Source: Eledone cirrhosa (Eukaryota). From it: a DNA stretch of 64,000 nt. Under the pieces are notes generated by a model, which searched no databases, had not been told where the DNA came from, and saw only the letters and a program-made list of their open reading frames with translations. Of this stretch, positions 12,970 through 24,400 are shown in pieces; position 1 is the first letter of the stretch, and every line of letters starts with the position of its first letter. Made by a program: the position numbers and the translations under genes. The DNA lies in NCBI GenBank assembly GCA_964016885.1, contig OZ024740.1, forward strand, positions 58,156,001-58,220,000, given 5' to 3'.

Positions 12970-14683
12970 TTAAGTTAAAGATGTACATCCATATATGTAT
13001 ATATATATGTATATATATATATATGTATATATATATGTATATATATATAATTAAGTTAAAGATGTACATCCATATATGTATACTGAAATACTAGTATGTA
13101 TATGAATACACACACGTATACATATGTAGATGTACCAAGTTTTTTCACTGGTCACTTTACTGTGAGTGGCCAGCTATTCCGTATGTAAACACACAGACAA
13201 ACCGGTTTTTAGAGTCATACTGGTTTTTGAGGAAACACCTTTCCTCTATTCTCCAGAAAGCCAGATACATCTTTAACTTAATTGTTTAAGCGTCAGTCAT
13301 ACAAAAGTGAGTTACAAATGAAACGAAATTTAATTTCGTTTCGTTATTTGTTTTTATCGTCTCCGTTGAACCGGTACTTACTCATACTCTATGCAAATTA
13401 GTCTGCCCACTACTAATTTTCATAGAAAAACCATATAACGATATGTGCTTTTACGATTCTCTAGAGAGGCCGGAAGATAGGTAAATATTGCTGATGAGTT
13501 GTAACAACAACGAAACTAGTTCAATATTCCTTGTCTGGCTTTCTGGAGAATAGAGGAAAGGTGTTTCCTCAAAAACCAGTATGACTCTAAAAACCGGTTT
13601 GTCTGTGTGTTTACATACAGAATAGCTGGCCACTCACAGTAAAGTGACCAGTGAAAAAACTTGGTACATCTACATATGTATACGTGTGTGTATTCATATA
13701 CATACTAGTATTTCAGTATACATATATGGATGTACATCTTTAACTTAATTGTTTAAGCGTCAGTCATACAAAAGTGAGTTACAAATGAAACGAAATTTAA
13801 TTTCGTTTCGTTATTTGTTTTTATCGTCTCCGTTGAACCGGTACTTACTCACACTCTATGCAAATTAGTATGCCCACTACTAATTTTCATAGAAAAAGCA
13901 TATAACGATATGTGCTTTTACGATTCTCTAGAGAGGCCGGAAGATAGGTAAATATTGCTGATGAGTTGTAACAACAACGAAACTAGTTCAATATTCCTTG
14001 TCTGGCTTTCTAGAGAATAGAGGAAAGGTGTTTCCTCAAAAACCAGTATGACTCTAAAAACCGGTTTGTCTGTGTGTTTACATACAGAATAGCTGGCCAC
14101 TCACAGTAAAGTGACCAGTGAAAAAACTTGGTACATCTACATATGTATACGTGTGTGTATTCATATACATACTAGTATTTCAGTATACATATATGGATGT
14201 ACATCTTTAACTTAATTGTTTAAGCGTCAGTCATACAAAAGTGAGTTACAAATGAAACAAAATTTAATTTCGTTTCGTTATTTGTTTTTATCGTCTCCGT
14301 TGAACCGGTACTTACTCACACTCTATGCAAATTAGTATGCCCACTACTAATTTTCATAGAAAAAGCATATAACGATATGTGCTTTTACGATTCTCTAGAG
14401 AGGCCGGAAGATAGGTAAATATTGCTGATGAGTTGTAACAACAACGAAACTAGTTCAATATTCCTTGTCTGGCTTTCTGGAGAATAGAGGAAAGGTGTTT
14501 CCTCAAAAACCAGTATGACTCTAAAAACCGGTTTGTCTGTGTGTTTACATACAGAATAGCTGGCCACTCACAGTAAAGTGACCAGTGAAAAAACTTGGTA
14601 CATCTACATATGTATACGTGTGTGTATTCATATACATACTAGTATTTCAGTATACATATATGGATGTACATCTTTAACTTAAT
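12970..14683 (+). mobile_element. Retrozyme-like repeat family R2: three 467-bp tandem units (13266-14683) preceded by an inverted partial unit (12970-13265)
   Basis: Near-identical units with period 467, one hammerhead per unit, no credible ORF. Confidence 0.85.
13484..13528 (+). ncRNA. Type-I hammerhead ribozyme (R2); identical copies at 13951-13995 and 14418-14462
   Basis: AATATTG-CTGATGA-GTTGT-AACA-ACAAC-GAAA-CTAG-TT-CAATATT: perfect 7-bp stem I, 5-bp stem II, palindromic stem III. Confidence 0.9.
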
Positions 14684-14864
14684 TATATATATATACATAT
14701 ATATATACATATATATATATATACATATATATATACATACATATATATATACATATATATATACATATATATATACATATATATATACATATATATATAC
14801 ATATATATATACATATATATATACATATATATATACATACATATATATATATACATATATATAC

Positions 14865-14895
<31 letters not shown>

Positions 14896-14969
14896 CATAT
14901 ATATACATATATACATATATATATATATATGTATATATATATGTATATATATATGTATATATATATATG

Positions 14970-15016
<47 letters not shown>

Positions 15017-15133
15017 GTATATATGTATATATATATGTATATATATATATGTATATATATATATGTATGTATATATATATGTATATATATATGTATATAT
15101 ATATGTATATATATATATATATGTATATATATG

Positions 15134-15166
<33 letters not shown>

Positions 15167-15367
15167 GTATATATATATATGTATATATATATGTATATAT
15201 ATATATGTATATATATATGTATATATATATATGTATATATATATATGTATATATATATATGTATATATATATGTATATATATATATGTATATATATATGT
15301 ATATATATATATGTGCATATATATATGTATATATACGCATATATATATATACATATATATATATATG

Positions 15368-15398
<31 letters not shown>

Positions 15399-15414
15399 GT
15401 GCATATATATATAC

Positions 15415-15464
<50 letters not shown>

Positions 15465-15530
15465 ATATATGTATATATATGTATATATATATATATGTAT
15501 ATATATGTATATATATATATGTATATATAT
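14684..15530. repeat. Interrupted (TA)n microsatellite with polarity switch near 14930
   Basis: C-interrupted to ~14915, predominantly G-interrupted afterwards. Confidence 0.95.
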
Positions 15531-15832
15531 CATCATCATCATCATCATCACCGTTTTACGTCCGTTCTTCCACGCTAGCATGGGTTAGACGGGTTGTCCT
15601 GTTGTGGGCAGTGTCTGGTCGGCTGACCATGCCTTGCTCATACAGGAACTGATCTGGCTTGATTTCTACAGCTGGATGCCCTTCCTAACACCAACCTCAT
15701 TTACAGTGAGTGCTGGGTGCTTTTTCGTGGCGCCTACACGTCCACTTTACAGTGTGGGCTGGGTGCTTTTTTGCCGTGGCACCTCCACGGCCACCTTGCG
15801 GTGGAGGGGGGGGGGCATATTGTTTATATGCT

Positions 15833-18800
15833 TCAGCATGTACCCATGGGAGGTCGGGTACCCTGTATTACTGCGTGACGCCAGAAGTCACGGTCGTGTG
15901 TCATTGACTTTGAGAGGTGTAGTTGGGTAAGGTCGGCTTTTATCACCTCATCCCAAGTCATCTTGGGTCTCCCCACTCCGCGGTTTCCATCAACTTCTAG
16001 TGCTCTGCACCTTTTTATGCAGCTGTCATCCTTCATACGCATCACATGTCCATACCAGCGTAACCGCCTCTCCTGCACGCAGCATTTGATTCCTCTTATG
16101 CTCAGTCTCTCTCTCAATTCCTTTATGCTTTGTCGTTCACGTATATTACTGTTACACATCCATCGGAGCATGCAGGCTTCGTTTCTCTCTAATCTACGTA
16201 AGTCTTCCACCTTCAGCGCCCAGGTCTCACTACCATGCAACATCGCTGTTCGGATACACGCATCATACAGTCTGCCTTTCATTCTGAGGGAGAAGCCTTT
16301 TGCAGCTAGCAGTGGTAGTAGTTCCCTAAACTTCTTCCATCCCGTTCTTACCCTAGTTATTGTACTTTCTGAGCACCCACCTCCGTTGCTAATTCGGTCA
16401 CCTAGGTAGCAGAAGCTGTCTACTGTTTCTACAGGGCCCTCCCAGAGATTGGTGGTACTTGTTTCCTGTGGCTGTTTGCTTGCTGTTTCAGCACAGCTGC
16501 TGCATGTGAATCCTACATTCTTAATTAAGCTTCCTGAGATCCCGCTACATCTCTTGTGTACCCATTGTTTGCATTTGGGGCAGAGAATGGAGTTTCTACC
16601 TACACCTTTCCTACATACTGAGCAAGGCCATTTCCCTGAGGGGATCTGGGTTCTGTTTTCTCGTCTACTTACAAGGACCTTAGTCTTTGTCATGTTGACT
16701 TTGAGGCCCTTTCTCTCTAGTCCCTGCTTCCAGGTTTGGAATTTATTCTCTAGTTCTACCATAGATTCAGCTATGAGTGCGAGGTCATCAGCATACAGGA
16801 GTTCCCATGGGCATCCGGTCTTAAACTCCTCCGTTATTGCCTGCAGGACTATGATGAACAGGAGAGGGCTAAGAACAGAGCCCTGGTGGACCCCAACCTG
16901 TACGCTAAATTCCTCGCTATACTCATTGCCAATCCTAACTTTGCTGACTGCTCCCCTATACATGGCTTGTACCGCTTTCACAAGCCATTCATCTACTCCT
17001 AGTTTTCTAAGAGCCCACCAGATTACTGCACGTGGAACTCTGTCAAAGGCTTTCTCAAGGTCGACAAATGCCAAGTAGAGTGGCTTACTTTTAGCTAGGT
17101 ACTTTTCCTGTAATTGCCTCACAAGGAAGAGGGCATCAGTGGTGCCTTTCCCTGGTACAAACCCAAATTGCATCTCGTCTATATTCACCCGGTCCCTAAT
17201 CAGCTGTGCTATAACTCTTTCTGTTACTTTCATGACCTGGTCCATCAACTTTATACCTCTATAGTTTCCTCTATCTAGTGCATCGCCTTTACCTTTGTAG
17301 CAGTTGACAATGATGCTACTGCACCAATCTTTTGGTATGGCCCCCTCTAGTATTACCTGGTTAACGATACGTGTGGTTATAGTGTGACCTACAGACCCAG
17401 ATGCCTTCAGCATCTCGGCAGCTATACCCGATGGACCGGTTGCCTTCCCTATCTTCATATCTCTGATTGCCTTACTTACTACGCTGCCGCTGACTTGTAC
17501 TGCTGGTCCCTCTATAGGGTCTACGTGGGGTAGGGTCTCTTCTTCCCATGCATTCTCCTCATTTAGTAATCTATCATAATGACTCTTCCATGCATCTTTC
17601 TTCTCAGCACTTGTGAGGGCAAGCTCACCTTTATCATTCCGGATACACTTCTCTCCAATGACGTCACAACTATCTCTGACACACTGCCTCGCAATCTTGA
17701 ATACCTCCTGTTTCTGGTCCTCACGTTGTAAAACATGCTTGAATTTTCTATCCTCTGCTTCCCTCCTAGCTAAGTATACTTGTCGCCTAGCTTCCCTCTT
17801 GGTCTCTATGTAATGTACCCTGCTCCCCCCGTTCTTCCATTCTTTCCATGCCTGTCTCTTGGCCTTGACTGCTTCATCTACCTTATTGTTCCACCACCAA
17901 GTCACTCTCCTCCTGCTTGAGGTCTTACTCCAGCCACAAACCTCATCCGTCGCCTCTAGTAAGTTATTTTTTAGGAACTCCCAGTTCTCTTCTACGTTAA
18001 ATGTCTCTATCTGTTCTTCTTTACTGTCGTAGGCGTTGAGTAAAATACCTTTAAATCTGTTACTGGTTGAGGGGACTTTCAGCTTCCAGATCTTTCTTCT
18101 CCAGGTTGGCCTCTGTTTCAGGGCTCGTCTAGTTCTGACCGTGAGGTCGCTGACAACTAAGCTATGTTGGGATGTACATTCCTCACTAGGGAAGGCTTTT
18201 GTGTTTACGACCGTCCATCTGTCACGTCCTCTGATGAGGATAAAATCTAACTGACTAGAGTGCTCCCCTGATCTATAGGTGATCAGGTGGTTGTCGGGTT
18301 TTTTAAAGTTTGTGTTACATATCGACATGTCATTGGCGTCGCAGAATTCTAGAAGTCTGAATCCTTCCTCATTCCTTGTGCCAACTCCATGGCCTCCATG
18401 TACTCTATTGAAGCCGTCGCAGTGTTTACCTACGTGTCCGTTAAAATCTCCTGCAATGATTAGGAAGTCCTTGTCGTCTGTTAGAGCAGTAGTGTGTATT
18501 AGGGACTCGTAAAACCTATCCTTAAGTTCGTCTGGCAGCCCCGATTGGGGTGCGTAAGCTGATATTATTGTGGTAATTGTCTTATTCAGGACTAGTCTAA
18601 GTTTAATGATTCTTGCATTTACCCTGTACACTGAGATTACTTTATCTACCCACTTGTCAGCTAATAGTATACCTACACCACCCATCCCATCGTCATTTCC
18701 CACCCAGAAAAATTTGTAGCACTGGCTTTTTCCTACAAGGACTCTAGCAGACCCTCCTCTCCATCTAGTCTCTTGCACACTGCATACATCAACTTCCTTT

Positions 18801-18952
18801 CGCTCTAGCATTTCTACGATTTCTCCTGCTCTTCCTTTCATTGAGCCTACATTGATGGTACCAACTCGGAGTTTTGGGCATTTGTCGACACTCGTAGGGG
18901 AGGGTCTCTGGGTTGGCGCTTCACGTGGGTGCTTGGTAGCTCGCAGATTCAT
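15833..18952 (-). CDS. RTE LINE polyprotein: APE endonuclease, reverse transcriptase, C4HC3 PHD-like finger (1039 aa, intact)
   Basis: APE motifs GTINV, VQETRW, SAYAPQ, GDFNGH, LDFIL, SQH. RT motifs [40 protein letters not shown]-type C-terminus [11 protein letters not shown]...GRPKMTW. Confidence 0.97.
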   Translation of the reverse strand: MNLRATKHPREAPTQRPSPTSVDKCPKLRVGTINVGSMKGRAGEIVEMLERKEVDVCSVQETRWRGGSARVLVGKSQCYKFFWVGNDDGMGGVGILLADKWVDKVISVYRVNARIIKLRLVLNKTITTIISAYAPQSGLPDELKDRFYESLIHTTALTDDKDFLIIAGDFNGHVGKHCDGFNRVHGGHGVGTRNEEGFRLLEFCDANDMSICNTNFKKPDNHLITYRSGEHSSQLDFILIRGRDRWTVVNTKAFPSEECTSQHSLVVSDLTVRTRRALKQRPTWRRKIWKLKVPSTSNRFKGILLNAYDSKEEQIETFNVEENWEFLKNNLLEATDEVCGWSKTSSRRRVTWWWNNKVDEAVKAKRQAWKEWKNGGSRVHYIETKREARRQVYLARREAEDRKFKHVLQREDQKQEVFKIARQCVRDSCDVIGEKCIRNDKGELALTSAEKKDAWKSHYDRLLNEENAWEEETLPHVDPIEGPAVQVSGSVVSKAIRDMKIGKATGPSGIAAEMLKASGSVGHTITTRIVNQVILEGAIPKDWCSSIIVNCYKGKGDALDRGNYRGIKLMDQVMKVTERVIAQLIRDRVNIDEMQFGFVPGKGTTDALFLVRQLQEKYLAKSKPLYLAFVDLEKAFDRVPRAVIWWALRKLGVDEWLVKAVQAMYRGAVSKVRIGNEYSEEFSVQVGVHQGSVLSPLLFIIVLQAITEEFKTGCPWELLYADDLALIAESMVELENKFQTWKQGLERKGLKVNMTKTKVLVSRRENRTQIPSGKWPCSVCRKGVGRNSILCPKCKQWVHKRCSGISGSLIKNVGFTCSSCAETASKQPQETSTTNLWEGPVETVDSFCYLGDRISNGGGCSESTITRVRTGWKKFRELLPLLAAKGFSLRMKGRLYDACIRTAMLHGSETWALKVEDLRRLERNEACMLRWMCNSNIRERQSIKELRERLSIRGIKCCVQERRLRWYGHVMRMKDDSCIKRCRALEVDGNRGVGRPKMTWDEVIKADLTQLHLSKSMTHDRDFWRHAVIQGTRPPMGTC

Positions 18953-19192
18953 ATTTCATCTATTGATTCAGAGTTGCTCGTGTATTCCCAGCTCATCCAT
19001 CCATAACGGTGGGAAAATTGAGGGCTAGAAGAACAGTGGTGGTGGGGTAATGGCAGGGTGTGTTGGGATGCGCCAGAGGAGGAGAGAGTTAGTTAGGCAG
19101 GTAGTAGCAGCAGCAGTGGAAATGGCATGCTAGGTTTGATTGGTCGAATAGACTATGGTGGTGTGTGGGGGTGGGGGGAGGGAAATTGTGAG

Positions 19193-22100
19193 GTAGGAAC
19201 TGAGGGTCGCATGGTAAATATCCAAGTTAATAAGTTAATACTACATCAGTAAAATTAACAATAATAACGTCATGAAAAAAAAAAAAAAAAAAACTAAGAG
19301 AAACCCTAGAAAATTTATCGCTAATACAGCAGGGAAAATTTAACGCTAATACAGCAGGGAACATCATAATATTAACGACAATATGTAGGCTAAAATACCT
19401 TCGTAGATTAGATGGATGGCTGGAATAATTGGAGTCAGCTCTAGTGGTACATTTTAGCAGAGAAGAATGGGAAAGTATCTTATCTCTTCAATATTTTCAG
19501 ATTGAATGAATTAGGTTAAAGACAGGGTAGTAAGCCTTAAAGAAGTGCATAGAGAGGGGGGGGGGGTAGGAACTGAGGGTCGCATGGTAAATAACTGAGA
19601 GAGATACAATAGGATTAGAATACCGCATGGTAAATATCCAAGTTAATAAGTTAATACTACATCAGTAAAATTAACAATAATAACGTCATGAAAAAAACTA
19701 AGAGAAACCCTAGAAAATTTATCGCTAATACAGCAGGGAAAATTTAACGCTAATACAGCAGGGAACATCATAATATTAACGACAATATGTAGGCTAAAAT
19801 ACCTTCGTAGATTAGATGGATGGCTGGAATAATTGGAGTCAGCTCTAGTGGTACATTTTAGCAGAGAAGAATGGGAAAGTATCTTATCTCTTCAATATTT
19901 TCAGATTGAATGAATTAGGTTAAAGACAGGGTAGTAAGCCTTAAAGAAGTGCATAGAGAGGGGGGGGGTAGGAACTGAGGGTCGCATGGTAAATAACTGA
20001 GAGAGATACAATAGGATTAGAATACCGCATGGTAAATATCCAAGTTAATAAGTTAATACTACATCAGTAAAATTAACAATAATAACGTCATGAAAAAAAA
20101 AAAAAAAAAAAAACTAAGAGAAACCCTAGAAAATTTATCGCTAATACAGCAGGGAAAATTTAACGCTAATACAGCAGGGAACATCATAATATTAACGACA
20201 ATATGTAGGCTAAAATACCTTCGTAGATTAGATGGATGGCTGGAATAATTGGAGTCAGCTCTAGTGGTACATTTTAGCAGAGAAGAATGGGAAAGTATCT
20301 TATCTCTTCAATATTTTCAGATTGAATGAATTAGGTTAAAGACAGGGTAGTAAGCCTTAAAGAAGTGCATAGAGAGGGGGGGGGTGGGTTAGGAACTGAG
20401 GGTCGCATGGTAAATAACTGAGAGAGATACAATAGGATTAGAATACCGCATGGTAAATATCCAAGTTAATAAGTTAATACTACATCAGTAAAATTAACAA
20501 TAATAACGTCATGAAAAAAAAAAAAAAAAACTAAGAGAAACCCTAGAAAATTTATCGCTAATACAGCAGGGAAAATTTAACGCTAATACAGCAGGGAACA
20601 TCATAATATTAACGACAATATGTAGGCTAAAATACCTTCGTAGATTAGATGGATGGCTGGAATAATTGGAGTCAGCTCTAGTGGTACATTTTAGCAGAGA
20701 AGAATGGGAAAGTATCTTATCTCTTCAATATTTTCAGATTGAATGAATTAGGTTAAAGACAGGGTAGTAAGCCTTAAAGAAGTGCATAGAGAGGGGGGGG
20801 GGTAGGAACTGAGGGTCGCATGGTAAATAACTGAGAGAGATACAATAGGATTAGAATACCGCATGGTAAATATCCAAGTTAATAAGTTAATACTACATCA
20901 GTAAAATTAACAATAATAACGTCATGAAAAAAAAAAAAAAAAAAAAAAAAAAACTAAGAGAAACCCTAGAAAATTTATCGCTAATACAGCAGGGAAAATT
21001 TAACGCTAATACAGCAGGGAACATCATAATATTAACGACAATATGTAGGCTAAAATACCTTCGTAGATTAGATGGATGGCTGGAATAATTGGAGTCAGCT
21101 CTAGTGGTACATTTTAGCAGAGAAGAATGGGAAAGTATCTTATCTCTTCAATATTTTCAGATTGAATGAATTAGGTTAAAGACAGGGTAGTAAGCCTTAA
21201 AGAAGTGCATAGAGAGGGGGGGGGGGTAGGAACTGAGGGTCGCATGGTAAATAACTGAGAGAGATACAATAGGATTAGAATACCGCATGGTAAATATCCA
21301 AGTTAATAAGTTAATACTACATCAGTAAAATTAACAATAATAACGTCATGAAAAAAACTAAGAGAAACCCTAGAAAATTTATCGCTAATACAGCAGGGAA
21401 AATTTAACGCTAATACAGCAGGGAACATCATAATATTAACGACAATATGTAGGCTAAAATACCTTCGTAGATTAGATGGATGGCTGGAATAATTGGAGTC
21501 AGCTCTAGTGGTACATTTTAGCAGAGAAGAATGGGAAAGTATCTTATCTCTTCAATATTTTCAGATTGAATGAATTAGGTTAAAGACAGGGTAGTAAGCC
21601 TTAAAGAAGTGCATAGAGAGGGGGGGGGGGTAGGAACTGAGGGTCGCATGGTAAATAACTGAGAGAGATACAATAGGATTAGAATACCGCATGGTAAATA
21701 TCCAAGTTAATAAGTTAATACTACATCAGTAAAATTAACAATAATAACGTCATGAAAAAAACTAAGAGAAACCCTAGAAAATTTATCGCTAATACAGCAG
21801 GAAAATTTAACGCTAATACAGCAGGGAACATCATAATATTAACGACAATATGTAGGCTAAAATACCTTCGTAGATTAGATGGATGGCTGGAATAATTGGA
21901 GTCAGCTCTAGTGGTACATTTTAGCAGAGAAGAATGGGAAAGTATCTTATCTCTTCAATATTTTCAGATTGAATGAATTAGGTTAAAGACAGGGTAGTAA
22001 GCCTTAAAGAAGTGCATAGAGAGGGGGGGGTAGGAACTGAGGGTCGCATGGTAAATAACTGAGAGAGATACAATAGGATTAGAATACCGCATGGTAAATA

Positions 22101-24003
22101 TCCAAGTTAATAAGTTAATACTACATCAGTAAAATTAACAATAATAACGTCATGAAAAAAACTAAGAGAAACCCTAGAAAATTTATCGCTAATACAGCAG
22201 GGAAAATTTAACGCTAATACAGCAGGGAACATCATAATATAACGACAATATGTAGGCTAAAATACCTCGTAGATTAGATGGATGGCTGGAATAATTGGAG
22301 TCAGCTCTAGTGGTACATTTTAGCAGAGAAGAATGGAAAGTATCTTATCTCTTCAATATTTTCAGATTGAATGAATTAGGTTAAAGACAGGGTAGTAAGC
22401 CTTAAAGAAGTGCATAGAGAGGGGGGGTAGGAACTGAGGGTCGCATGGTAAATATCCAAGTTAATAAGTTAATACTACATCAGTAAAATTAACAATAATA
22501 ACGTCATGAAAAAAACTAAGAGAAACCCTAGAAAATTTATCGCTAATACAGCAGGGAAAATTTAACGCTAATACAGCAGGGAACATCATAATATTAACGA
22601 CAATATGTAGGCTAAAATACCTTCGTAGATTAGATGGATGGCTGGAATAATTGGAGTCAGCTCTAGTGGTACATTTTAGCAGAGAAGAATGGGAAAGTAT
22701 CTTATCTCTTCAATATTTTCAGATTGAATGAATTAGGTTAAAGACAGGGTAGTAAGCCTTAAAGAAGTGCATAGAGAGGGGGGGGGGGGGGGGGTAGGAA
22801 CTGAGGGTCGCATGGTAAATAACTGAGAGAGATACAATAGGATTAGAATACCGCATGGTAAATATCCAAGTTAATAAGTTAATACTACATCAGTAAAATT
22901 AACAATAATAACGTCATGAAAAAAACTAAGAGAAACCCTAGAAAATTTATCGCTAATACAGCAGGGAAAATTTAACGCTAATACAGCAGGGAACATCATA
23001 ATATTAACGACAATATGTAGGCTAAAATACCTTCGTAGATTAGATGGATGGCTGGAATAATTGGAGTCAGCTCTAGTGGTACATTTTAGCAGAGAAGAAT
23101 GGGAAAGTATCTTATCTCTTCAATATTTTCAGATTGAATGAATTAGGTTAAAGACAGGGTAGTAAGCCTTAAAGAAGTGCATAGAGAGGGGGGGTAGGAA
23201 CTGAGGGTCGCATGGTAAATATCCAAGTTAATAAGTTAATACTACATCAGTAAAATTAACAATAATAACGTCATGAAAAAAACTAAGAGAAACCCTAGAA
23301 AATTTATCGCTAATACAGCAGGGAAAATTTAACGCTAATACAGCAGGGAACATCATAATATTAACGACAATATGTAGGCTAAAATACCTTCGTAGATTAG
23401 ATGGATGGCTGGAATAATTGGAGTCAGCTCTAGTGGTACATTTTAGCAGAGAAGAATGGGAAAGTATCTTATCTCTTCAATATTTTCAGATTGAATGAAT
23501 TAGGTTAAAGACAGGGTAGTAAGCCTTAAAGAAGTGCATAGAGAGGGGGGGGGGGGGTAGGAACTGAGGGTCGCATGGTAAATAACTGAGAGAGATACAA
23601 TAGGATTAGAATACCGCATGGTAAATATCCAAGTTAATAAGTTAATACTACATCAGTAAAATTAACAATAATAACGTCATGAAAAAAACTAAGAGAAACC
23701 CTAGAAAATTTATCGCTAATACAGCAGGGAAAATTTAACGCTAATACAGCAGGGAACATCATAATATTAACGACAATATGTAGGCTAAAATACCTTCGTA
23801 GATTAGATGGATGGCTGGAATAATTGGAGTCAGCTCTAGTGGTACATTTTAGCAGAGAAGAATGGGAAAGTATCTTATCTCTTCAATATTTTCAGATTGA
23901 ATGAATTAGGTTAAAGACAGGGTAGTAAGCCTTAAAGAAGTGCATAGAGAGGGGGGGTAGGAACTGAGGGTCGCATGGTAAATATCCAAGTTAATAAGTT
24001 AAT
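19193..24003 (-). repeat. Tandem array of 12 full plus 1 partial ~360-425-bp monomers at the 5' end of RTE-A
   Basis: TAGGAACTGAGGGTCGCATGG recurs at about 19193, 19566, 19968, 20390, 20802, 21226, 21630, 22030, 22427, 22794, 23194, 23557 and 23957. Units differ mainly by poly-A/poly-G length and a ~40-bp indel. Confidence 0.97.
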
Positions 24004-24400
24004 ATATATATATATGTATATATATATATATTTATATGTGCGTATATATATGTATATATATATATATTTATATGTGCGTATATATATGTATATATATATA
24101 TATTTATATGTGCGTATATATATGTATATATATATATATTTATATGGGCGTATATATATGTATATATATATATGTGCGTATATATATGTATATATATATA
24201 TGTGCGTATATATATGTATATATATATGTGCGTATATATATGTATATATATATGTGTGTATATATATATGTATATATATATATGTGTGTATATATATGTA
24301 TATAAATATGTGTGTATATATATGTGTGTATATGTATATATATGTGTGTATATATATGTATATATATATGTGTGTGTATATATATGTATATATATGTATG

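Larger units (their letters stand above)
15531..24003 (-). mobile_element. Full-length RTE-clade LINE, family A, including (GAT)n tail, ORF, 5' UTR and upstream monomer array
   Basis: (CAT)n at 15531-15550, 3' UTR, intact ORF, 240-bp leader, then a tandem array ending in (TA)n. Whether the array belongs to the element is inferred. Confidence 0.85.

Noticed and set aside
13451-14567. Repeated 60-aa ORF MASYSVCKHTDK in R2 units
   Set aside because: Antisense to the ribozyme, non-ATG start, and its C-terminal half is frameshifted in the 28-kb copies.
15604-18512. + strand ORFs overlapping RTE-A (and equivalents in other RTE copies)
   Set aside because: Antisense shadows of the RT ORF and 3' UTR.
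19193-24003. CRISPR-like or ribozyme-containing array
   Set aside because: Units are fully repeated with no unique spacers, and I found no CTGANGA/GAAA core or HDV-like fold in the monomer.
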